Shown one piece after another: positions 53,583-64,000 of a stretch of DNA of 64,000 nt. Within the stretch, counting starts at the first letter, position 1. Each line of letters begins with the position of its first letter. The notes beneath the pieces were generated by a model that was not told the origin of the DNA, made no database searches, and worked only from the letters and a program-made list of their open reading frames with translations. A program made the position numbers and the translations under genes. This DNA comes from Prorocentrum cordatum (lineage: Eukaryota): assembly GCA_963575745.1 (NCBI GenBank), contig CAUYUJ010000327.1, positions 1 through 64,000 on the forward strand. The letters run 5' to 3'.

Positions 53583-56010
53583 CGTTACCACCGAACGACT
53601 CGCACACATGAGAAGAACGAGTGAAAACCAAAGGAGTACAGCTTTCGATGCGATCCTCCTCTGATCGTCCTTCTGCGCCCCCCCCCCCCAATGTGTTCAC
53701 ACGCCGGAAATGTTATTTGACAGGCGTTCGGGCCTTGGCCATGTTGGTGGAGCCATCTTGTTGTCATGCGCCAGGCCCAGATCTCACAGATCTGAAGTGG
53801 TGTGCTCGTGCTCATTTCGGCAACGTGTACATCCTTTGGCGCGAAGTGATTGCACAATCTACAAATCGCACAGTGCGCAATCCCAATTTCAATGATACCG
53901 CCATCTTTGCACTACTGGATGTTGTGAGCGGCCGATGTGGAGCATCGGTCCCAAGTTGCCACGTGGCTGGAGCAGCTGATTAAAATCCAGGCCCGATGCC
54001 ATTGTACAGCCCTAGAACGGAGTTCGCTACACGCATCCAAATTTCCAAAATCGGTGGGTGTGCGAACGTACAGCTTCGACACGCATGTGGTCGCACACCC
54101 AGGCCCGTCTAGAGCCTTTTGGGGGTTCTCCTTGGGGGCCCTCTCGGGCTCTTTGAGGTCCCTCGCAGGGCCTAGTGGGTCCATGTTGACTCTCCTTGGG
54201 TCGTCGTGGGCCCGTTCTGGAGATTCTGACAGCCCCCTGGGAGAGGAGAGGGACAGAAGACAGCGGAGAGGGAGAGGCAGAGGTGAAGCGGCTATAGAGA
54301 GGGGAGGAGGAGGAGGAGGAGGAGGAGGAGGAGGAGGAGGAGGAGGAGAGAGGAGGGAGGAGGAGGAGGGAGGAGGAGGAGGAGGGAGGAGAGAGGAGGG
54401 ATGGAGGGAGGGGGAGGGGAGGAGGGAGGAGGGAGGGAGGAGGAGGGTGGAGGGGGGGGAGGAGGCCGAGGAGAGGGAGGGCAGGAGGGGAGGGAGGAGG
54501 AGGGAGGAGGGAGACGAGGGAGGAGGGAGAGGAGGGAGGAGGAGGAGGTGGGAGGGGGGGGGGGGAGGAGGCAGGGAGGAGGGAGGGAGGAGGGAGGGAG
54601 CACGAAGGTCCGCCCCTTCGGGCTCACGTGGTGCCCGCGGGGGTGCTCGGGCCGCTTTTTGGGGCGCCTCGCGGCCGCTCGACGGGGAGCCCCCAGACAG
54701 CCGACGGCCCGCTGCTTTCGCCAGACCTTCGGGGGCCCAGGTTTCGAAGTGAGGGAGGAGGACAGGGAGGGAGAGAGGAGGAGAGGAGGGGGGGGCGGGA
54801 GGGAGGGAGGGAGGAGGAGGAGAAGGAGGAGGGAGGAGGGGGGTCCCTCCTCCTCCTCTTCCTCCTCCTCCTCCTCCTCTTCCTCCTCCTCCTCCCTCTT
54901 ACCCTCCCTCCGACTGATTTTCCTTCCTCTCCTCCTCCCCTCCTCTCCTCCCAATCCTTTACTGGTGGCCAGCTTTCCATCCTGGGTGATTGTTCGGCGG
55001 TCCCGGGGCCCAGAATCGGCGCTTCTTTTCCTCCCAAATTGTGCCTTTTTATACAACAGGTTGATGCCGAAGACGCCTACGGCGAACCACCGCCGCCCTC
55101 TGCCTTCTTGGACACGCCTGTGTGGCCGTACGTTGGGCGGCATTCTTGGCGAGCCATTGGACTACGTGTTCCTCCAGCCGTTTGGGAAACCCTAGGGAGG
55201 ACACTTGATGGGAGGACGAGGAGGGAGGAGGAGAGAAAGAGAAAGAGGAGGAGGAGGAGGACGAGGACAAGGACGAGGACGATGGAAAATGAAGCTGTGT
55301 GGGGCCTCTTGGTTCCTCTTGAGGCCTCTTGGGGGCGTCTGGTGGGCCTTGGGGGGGCCTCTTGGGGGCCTCGTGGGGCCCTCTGGGGGGCCTGTGGGGA
55401 GCCCATTGAAGACATCTTGGCCTTCGGAGGCCATCTTCGGAGCCCCTCTGGGCCGTCTTGGGCCCCTCTTTGGGCGCTTTAGGGCCGTCTGGGAGCTCTT
55501 TGAGCGCCATTGGGACCTCTTGGAGTAGTTTTGGGACCCTCTTTGGGGCCAGTCTGGGGACCTCTTGAAGCAGTCTTGGGGGCCTCTTGTCTGGGCCGGC
55601 TTGGGGACCTCTTGGGCACCTACGAGGCCGTCTTAGAGCGATCTTCGGGGCGTCTTGGAGGCCACCGTGAGGCCGTCTCAGATGAGAAGACCGACGGGAG
55701 ACACCTCGGGTGGCCGGCCGGACCGGCCCAGACCCACGGGAGTAGCTCAAAAAAGGCCAAGACGGCAAAACAGTTGGCATGCTGAGCACCCTTGTGGCAA
55801 GCACAGGGGGCGGCGGATATGATGCGAGGCGTTCCACAAAGGGCCTCGCCTTCGAGGATCGATGGAGTTGCCATCGCTTCCTCGGCGGAAGGCTGGCGGA
55901 AGGCCGGCGGAAGGCGGCGGAAGCAGAGCGAGGCGGCCTCCGCCGGCGGAGCGTGGCGGAAGCAGGTGTCGACCTCCCAAGAGATGGCAACCTTTATGGG
56001 TTCAGGGTTA

Positions 56011-56189
56011 CTCCAGATTTCTTAATAAAAGGGAGGGGGTCCCAACCCTCCCAGACGAGAAGTTTTAGAGCCCCCCAGACCATCCATGAAAGGGCGGCCC
56101 TTTGCCCAGACCCCCCCGAACCCTCCAAGACAGCTCAAATCAGACCCCCCCCCAAATGTGACCCCCCGCCTTTATTATGGAATACGGAG
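56011..56189. mobile_element. MITE family D (TA|CTCCAGATTTC...GGAG|TA; Stowaway-like); second copy 7352-7533
   Basis: TIRs; TA duplication shown by an empty paralogous site at 56399-56423. Confidence 0.8.
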
Positions 56190-57328
56190 TACCCGAGTCC
56201 GCTAGATTCGGCTAGACGTAAGAGTGACCTTTCGCCGGAGTGACCCTTTGTGCGGGCACAGACGGGTCCCCAGATGGCTGAAAACGAAGCAGTGGCAGCT
56301 GCATGCGCGCCCAGGGTTGGTCCCCCCGCGGCCCTCAAAAAGCCGCGCACGAAAGGTCACTCTTACCCAGGGTCACTCTTGCGTATAGCTGACTTTTTGG
56401 GTTCAGGGTTACCCGAATCCGCTATATCGTGACCGTCGTTAAAACCCGCCGCTGTTAACGGGTTGTGGGCCAGAGGCCTATGAGATGTCTGCTGGGGTCT
56501 CTTCGAGGACCTCATCAGGCCCTCTTGGTGGCTTATTTGGGGCCTCTTGGGGTCTCCTGGAGGCCTCTTGGGGGCTTCGTGGGGGCCTCCTGGGTGCCTC
56601 TTGGGGCCACTTGGGGTTCTTTTGGGGGCTGCCTGGCCATCATGGGGCTCGGAACCGGAAAGGTCGGCTCGTGCCCCCCCCCCCCCCCCCCCCCTTGGGG
56701 CTGCTTCGAGAGCCTCTTGGGCCCCCTCTTGAGGGCCTGGAAGCCGTCTGGAAGAGAATGGTGTGGGCCTCTTGGGCCGTCTTGGGCACTGGAAAGACAG
56801 AAAAAGGTGAGACGGTTACACTCAGCCCTCATAGTAAGGATGAGCGACTTTCCGAGGTGACCCTTGCATCCTCGCCCCTTCGGCCCATACTCAGCGACTT
56901 TCGCTGGCCAACCTTGTTCGAAAAATGTAAGCATGGCACTCCGTCGCCCCTTGCATGCTTGCCACGCATCCTCTTGCACAGGTTGACTGTAGAACACGAG
57001 AAGCACGAAAGTTGGCCTTTTCGGCCGGCCCCGCCAGCCCCTAGGGCCTTCGATACTCAGAGACGGCCCAAGAGGGCAAGAGGTCTCCAGGACGGATCCT
57101 GTGACCACGTCCGGCCACATTGGAGGTGCAGTTCGAGCGCATGTTTCACTCGCTGCCGTGCCGGGCGTTATGGGGGGGGGGAGGGGGGGGGACATAACGT
57201 AGCGCCCCCGCCCTCCCCCCGACTGCTGGTGCCGGACGCACTGCGGCAGTGCCGGGGACGCACTGGGGGAGAGGGGCGTAAACGTTATGGAGGGGGGGGG
57301 GGAGCGGGGGGGGGGAGGGGAGGGGTGG

Positions 57329-58697
57329 GGGTTAGATTTAAGACTATGTGGCGTGCGCTGTTTTTCTGGATCGAAAGTACCAACAGTTTCAAAAAAAAAC
57401 AAAACAAACCAAAAAAAAAACAAAAAAAGACCTGACAGGTCTAAAAAAAACAAAAAAGCAAATTATTTCAGAACTTATGCTGGCCCGTGGAGGGCCGCCC
57501 GATATTCTTCGCCAGAACCTTGAATTTTCGTTTTTTTAGATCTGTCAGGTCTTTGTTTGGTTTTTTTTTGGTTTGTTTTGGTTTTTTTCGACCTGTCAGC
57601 ACTTTTCTGTTCCTCCTCCTCCTCCTCCTCTCCTCCTCTCCTCCTCCTCCTCCTCCTCCTCCTCCTCCCTCTCTCTCCTCCTCCTCCTCCTCCTCCTCCT
57701 CCTCCCCCCCTCCTCCTCCTCCTCCTCCTCCTCCTCCTCCTCCTCCTCCTCCTCCTCCTCCTCCTCCTCCTCCTCCTCCTCCTCCTCCTCCTCCTACCCT
57801 CCTCCTCCCCCTCCTCCTTCCCCCTCCTCCATCTCCTTCTCCTCCTCCTCCTCCTCCTCCTCCTCCTCCTCCTCCTCTCTCATCCTCCTCCTGCTCGATG
57901 ATCCTCCTCCTCATCCTTCTCCTCCTGCTCCTCCTGCTCCTCATCGTGCCGAGGAGGAGGAGGACCGAGGAGCAGGAGGAGCAGGAGGAGAAGAAAGAGG
58001 AGGAGGATCATCGAGCAGGAGGAGGATGAAGAGGAGGAGGAGGAGGAGGAGATGGAGGAGGGGGAAGGAGGAGGGGGAGGAGGAGGGTAGGGGAGGAGGA
58101 GAGGAGGAGGAGGAGGAGGAGGAGGAGGAGAGAGGAGGAGGAGGAGGAGGAGGAGGAGGAGGAGGAGGGGAGGGGGGAGAAGTAGGAGGAGGAGGAGGAG
58201 GAGGAGAGAGAGGGAGGAGGAGGAGGAGGAGGAGGAGAGGAGGAGGAGGAGGAGGAGGAACAGAAAAGTGCTGACAGGTTAAAAAAATCAAAAAAAGACC
58301 TGACAGATCTAAAAAAAAAAACAATCAAGGTTCTAGCGAAGAATATCGGGCGGCCCTCCACGGGCCAGCATAAGTTCTGAAATCATTTGATTTTTTGTTT
58401 TTTTTAGACCTGTCAGGTCTTTTTTTGTTTTTTTTTTTTTGGTTTGTTTTGGTTGTTTTAGAACTGTTGGTACTTTCGATCCACGTGATTGAATATGACT
58501 CAAACCGATTGAACCCTTTCCCGACACAAGAACACAGCGGAGGGAGGAGAGGAGAGGAGAGGAGAGGAGGCAGGAGGGAGGAGAGAGGATAGGAGAGAAC
58601 TGAGGAAGGAGAGAGGAGAGGAGAGAAAGGAAGGAGACACACCTCACGCAAGAAGACACACCCCACACCCCACGCCACATAGTCTTACATCTCACCC
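57329..58697. repeat. ~1.37 kb foldback (inverted duplication) centred near 57955
   Basis: 57329-57355 mirrors 58671-58697; 57368-57612 mirrors 58258-58483; inner (CCT)n mirrors (GGA)n. Confidence 0.9.
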
Positions 58698-61199
58698 TTA
58701 CGGAGGGGAGGGGGCATAACGCGCGTCCTGGCCTAGAGGGTAAAAAAACGCTCTCATCCGAACCGCGCGGCCGAGGCTTTTGAACGCGTCGTGCAAGCCA
58801 CCGCGAGAGCGCCCAAGAGCGCCCGCAAATCTGGGCTAGTGCTCACCACCCCATGGCAGAGGACTGGTGCCCGAGGGCGCTCTGGTGCCCACGGCACGGT
58901 GGCTGATGGCTTCTGGCCGGCACGCCCCCTGTGCCGGTGCATCCTTCCAGGGACCCCTCGCCCCGTGCGCTTCCCGGCGCATGCCTGCGTGCGCCTTCGA
59001 GCCCAAGACCCTGAGCGGACCCCAACACGCACTGAGGCCCCCGGCCCCCTGGGGATGCCCCGACTGTTCCTGGGCTCCCCGGAGGAAAACCAAAGCAGCA
59101 AGGCACGAAAGCAAAACCTGCGCGCCGGAGCTCTCCGAGGTCCGACGCTGCGGGCAAAAGGCAGCACCCCGAGACATCACGACGCAAGCCCTGCACCCCA
59201 AATTCCCGGGACATTTCTCGACCCGTTGTTCCCCCTCCTCCTCGCTCCCCGCTCCTCGCTCCTCCTCCTCCCCCTCCTCCTCCTCCTCCTCCTCCTCCTC
59301 CTCCTCTTCCTCCTCCTCCTCCTCCTCCTCCTCCTACTCCTCCTCCCCCCTCCTCCTCCTCCTCCTCCTCCTTCTCCTCCTCCTCCTCCTCCTCCTCCTC
59401 CTCCTCCTCCCTCTCCTCCTGCTCCTCCTCGCTCCTTCTCCTCCTTCACCTCCTCCTCCTCCTCCTCCTCCTCCTCCTCCTCCTCCTCCTCCTCTTCCCC
59501 CTCCTCCTCCCCCCCCTCCTGGATCGATCCGTGATAGCCACGGGGCCTGGACCTGGGCGAAGACGAGGGCCCCCAGACCCCAGGGCGTGTTCAAGACACT
59601 CGTGGGGTCTGGGCCTATGCCCCAGGCGCGACTCTCACCAGCTCTCGTGCCCCAAAGGGAGGGCCTCTTAGTCAAGCGGTGGCGAATCGTCCTGGCGTCC
59701 CTGTAGGCTTACCAAACAATAATCTAAGAACTTGTTTGTGGTTTCCACGGACTGTTCTTAGAACATTTCTGGCTGGGAGTGTATTGTTTGAACACATCGG
59801 GGTTATGTTCTAAGGACATTGTTTTGGTTATTAGAACATTTTTGGGTTCTGAGAATATTTCGTGGTAGGCCTATAGGAATGTCCAGGCGGTCGGTCTCTG
59901 CTCAACTCTTGGAGGAAAGGGTGGGCCTGGCGAGAAGATAAGGAGCGGAAGAGCGCGTGTAGTGAGCTTCGGCCTCCATTCCAAGACCCCCGACGTTGTG
60001 ATTTGTTCACAACGTCGACACCCCGAGGTCTGGACCCCTTCCTCGGGACCCGCTCTTCGTCCTGAGTCGTTTCTTGACGGTCCCGTGGCCCGGTAGGGGC
60101 CCCCGAAGGCCGAATATAGCGAAAGACCTCCCGTCGTGTTTTTTTTGTTTTTGTTTTTTTGTTTTTTCGTGAGGCTCCGCATAACCGCTTTAAATGAAGC
60201 TGCGCCTCGCTGCTTTAGGTGAATTTGTCGCTGCGCGCCCCGCTTTGACTGGACCCGCCGCTGGCGCGCTCGCCTGCGGCCGCTGACTACAAAGCATCCC
60301 CACCAGCCCGCTGGTTCACTCAGGAGTGGTCAGCCTTCTTGATCGACTGTGTGTTCCCCCTTTCGGTCTGCAGCCGAGCACGTTGGACTGTTTATGCAGC
60401 CCCGCGCTTCGCCACTTTTGTGGCGCGTCGACCTCTGGCGCCTGGATACGACAAGGTCCAACTCACTCATCTCAGTGGTTGTGTCCCTGGGGTGCCCGCG
60501 CGCGCACCCTGGCAGCCCGCGGCAGCTCTTGAAGCCTCTGCCCTCGGCGCAGCCCGGCTTCCCCCAGCGGTAGGTTTCGCTGTCGCTGCGCGCGCGCTGG
60601 GCAATTCGTTCTGCTCGTAGCCCGAGCCGACCTGTGACGCCGCCGGCGCGTCCGCCTGCGGTTGCGACAAAAAGAAGTAGCCCCACCAGCCCATTCAGAA
60701 GCCGTGCCCATGAGAGCTGACGAGAAAAGGGACGGAGAAACACATTTAGGGAAACAAAGCGAGCAACCAGGGTGAACCGAGAGATCTCTGGGAGCACGGG
60801 GGTGGTCTTGGAAGGCCTCTTCGGGCCATCCCTGGGTTTCGCGTGGGGACGACGGGTGGGGAGGAGGAGGAGGAGGAGGAGGAGGAGAAGGAGGAGGAGG
60901 AGAAAGAGGAGGAGCAAGAGGAGGAGGAGGAGGGGATATTGGAGCATACAGGAGCCCTCTAAGGGTTCTGCGGGGGTCTCGGGTTCCACTTGGGGCTCTT
61001 CTGGGGCGTCTTAGGCTCTCATGGGGCCCTCTTGGGTTTTTTTGGGGGGCTCTCGTGGCGTTCTCTTGGGGCCCTCTTGGGAGCTATGGAGCGCCTCTTA
61101 AGGCCGTCTTGGAGACCATCGATCAAATGAGGGGGGGGTCCTCGATTTCCCCCCCCCCCCCCCGTCCGGGACCATCAAAATCGCCTCGTAGTTTGGCGC

Positions 61200-63851
61200 G
61201 ACCGACGCGGCCGTGGTGGCGCTGACCGGTGGGCACCTCCCAGCGGGCACTTCAGTGCGAGTCAGTGACTTCGGCTGGCGCGGTATCATGACGACGCCGA
61301 CAAACGGTAGACACGATGATGAGAGTAGCGATGATGGCGACGACGGTGCCGCTGACGACAGCAAGGCCAATGACGGCGCCGATGCTGATCACGCCCGCCG
61401 ACAATGATGACGATGCCATCGCGTCGGCGATGGTAGTATCCGAACGAGTTCGACATGCGCGCGCGGCCGACGCGCGCGAGTGGCCCGCGCGGTAGTATTT
61501 GACACGGTCGTGCCCTTCCCACCCGCCCAGCACGCGCGCAAGGGCGTTCGAACGAGTTCTACATGCGGTGCGAGAGGCCCGCATAGCAGACGTGGATGAA
61601 CACGTAGGACAACGGAATGTGTTCTCGAGAATCCGCAAGAGCGCGGGCGCATGATATTTGTTAACATTGACTGTTATAATATGTGGGTTTCCAATATTTA
61701 CGGGGCACTCGATGTTGAAATCCGCGCGCAACTAAAGGCTGTTGACAGACTTCGGCACGCGCGCGCGACGACGCGCGCGCGTGTACTTCTTCTTTTTTTG
61801 TGCAGGCTACTTGTGGCAGCACGCGCGCAAAGGCGCCCGAACGATTTCGACGCGCGCGCGCGAAGGTCCTGTTTGGCAGAACTGGATCAACATTTTGGAA
61901 CTCTTGTGGTTTTCTAGAGACACCGCAAATGCGCGAGCGCAGGATGTTTCGAAAATTGATGTTCTACAACAGTGCGCTTTCAGTTGTTTTCGAGGCACTC
62001 GATCTTGAAGTCCGGACGAAACTTCCGGTTGTTCAAGGAGTTCGGCATGCGCGCGCGACGACGCGCCCGCGCGCACTTCGCCCTACCTGTTGCGGGAGAT
62101 TCTTGCGGCAGGACGCGCGCAAGGGCGTTCAAACGATGTCGAAACGCGCGCGCGAACGGCCACATTGGAACCACTGCGTGAGGATCTGAAACGATTGCCT
62201 TCAGAATTTGCATGAGTGCGAGCGCTTACGTTTTTTGAGCATTCCTGTTGCGAAGCAATGTGCTTTTGTTTCGTGACGTTCGATTCTGGGATCCCAGCGA
62301 ATCTGTTAGTTTTTGAAAATTTCGGCTTGCGCGCGCGACGACCCGCGCGCGCACTTCGTCGCAGACTTGCAAGGGTTGTTCGAAAACTTCGGAGTTTTGA
62401 TCAACGGGCGCGCGCGCATGCTTGACAGGGATGGCGGGGAAGGGTCGATGCCGGCCGGGCTGGGATGGCACGAAGTCGCAAGTAAAATTGTCAAGGGAGC
62501 ATAATCGTGCGCGAATTGCGTATCTCGCAGGGGAATCGCAAACTCTGGCTTCGGGCTGGGGGGTAGAATCTATTCCCCAGTCAGTGCATGGAAGTGGTCC
62601 TCGCGGAAGTTGAAGGATTTGGCGAAAGTGCCCCGCCGATGTTGGTCGCGCGCTGGGTTCCCGGGCCTCCCGGTTCCCGGGTTCCCGGTTCCGGTTTCCG
62701 GGCCGATTTCGGAGGGCGGCGAGAATCCCGGGCTCCCGGGTTACTAGTCGATCTGATTATCGATCGGTCTCACCATCGAGCTCATTACCCACGTCTATCG
62801 ATCTCACCATCAGGCTCACAATCGATCTCACGATCGATCTCACGAGTGATCTCACTAGACGTCGCATGAGCGATCTCGCGACCGATCCCACGATCGGTCT
62901 CATTGAATCGATTTAGCTCTCGGTCTCACGATCGTCCTTGCAATCGTCCTCGCTTTCGATTCCACTATCGATCTCATTATCGATCTTACAATCGACCTCG
63001 AGACCCATAGTGCTAATTTTCAATTCATCCACTGATTGGGTTTTCTCAGGTGCAATTATTCCGTTGGAAAAAAAGAGAATTCACCTTGCCGAACTCGAAG
63101 TTGCAATGTCCACTGCTCGCGCGAACGCCCAACCCACCCGCTGGCGACGGCGATTGCGATGAGCGTTTGGCGTCGGCCCGCGCATCCCTGCGGCCGCGCT
63201 AGCCCGCGCGTGCTCGCGCGCGCAGCGACCAGTGAGCGCGGCGCAACTGACGCTGCCTCGGTGGCGCCGACTGCAGGGTGCGTCTCAGAGGGCACGTCAG
63301 TGCGAGACGGCGACTGGGGCGGGCGCGGCATCCCGGCGAGACCGACAACGGTTGACGCCGTGTAGGGAGTAGCGACGATGGCGGCGATGACGACGGCGAG
63401 GCCAATGGCGGCGCCGACGCCCATCGCGCCCGCCGGAAACGATCACGACGCCCCCGCGTCGGGGATGAAGGTTTCGGCAGGAGTTCGACGCGCGCGCGGC
63501 CGACGCGAGCTAACGGCCCGCGTGGCGCCATTTGACGCGGATCTCGCCCCCTCCCCCAGCGCGCTCGCCAGGGCGCTCGGATGTGTTCGACGCGCGGCGC
63601 GAAAGGCCCGTTTGGAAGAATTACGCGGCGACGTCGAGCAAAGCTCGTTTCCTCGAGGATTCACCATAGCGCACATTTTCCCGATAACTGATGTAGCGAA
63701 GCCATGCGTTTTAAAATGTGTTCGGGGTGCTCGGCGTTGAAATCTGCGCGAAGCCCATAGGTTCACCGGGGGGTTCTGGCGCGCGCGCGACCGCGCGCGC
63801 GTGTATTCCGTTTCTGTATATATATATATACATATATACATATATACATAC

Positions 63852-63888
<37 letters not shown>

Positions 63889-64000
63889 CAGACCCCTCCT
63901 GCACCGAATCCTTGCGACAGCGCGCGCGCCAGGGCGCTCGCGCGACTTCGCGCGCGCGAGAGGCCCGCGTGGTAGTATGTCATGAAGATGTTGGACCACC
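61200..64000. repeat. gcgcgcgcg-rich repeat family with ~290-bp units (61700-62420) and a related block at 63300-64000
   Basis: cactcgat.ttgaa.tcc and ttcggca.gcgcgcgcgacgac recur at ~290-bp spacing. Confidence 0.6.

Noticed and set aside
55998..56010. Telomere-like gggttcagggtt motif
   Set aside because: Only one or two degenerate units; no TTTAGGG array.

Overview
GC-rich, microsatellite- and MITE-dense eukaryotic DNA. A perfect dinoflagellate spliced leader (DinoSL) and GA/GC splice donors point to a dinoflagellate nuclear genome (inference; species not determinable here). The centrepiece is an intact, full-length ~6.56 kb non-LTR retrotransposon on the minus strand (44416-50980). It has an A6 tail, a 15-16 bp target-site duplication (TSD) inside a (CCT)n/(GGA)n microsatellite, an ORF1 with a RanBP2-type zinc finger and coiled coil, and an ORF2 with APE endonuclease, RT, CCHC finger, RNase H and two further Cys/His fingers. 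Its 5' end is exactly the 22-nt DinoSL followed by older decayed SL copies, and ORF1 ends in a prfB-like CTT-TGA site that leads +1 into the ORF2 frame. A decayed relative lies at ~36130-38870. Host genes are all on +: a carbamate kinase and a PPR gene, both largely intronless with SL-like relics upstream (probable retrogenes), a GH5 glycoside hydrolase exon, and three spliceable micro-exons of an M11/M6-like peptidase. The rest is 12 complete plus 3 partial copies of a MITE with 8-bp nnnTAnnn TSDs, several TA-TSD MITE families, satellites (65, ~89 and ~113 bp units) and a 1.37 kb foldback. Most ORFs in the supplied track are microsatellite artefacts. All alignments and counts were made by eye.
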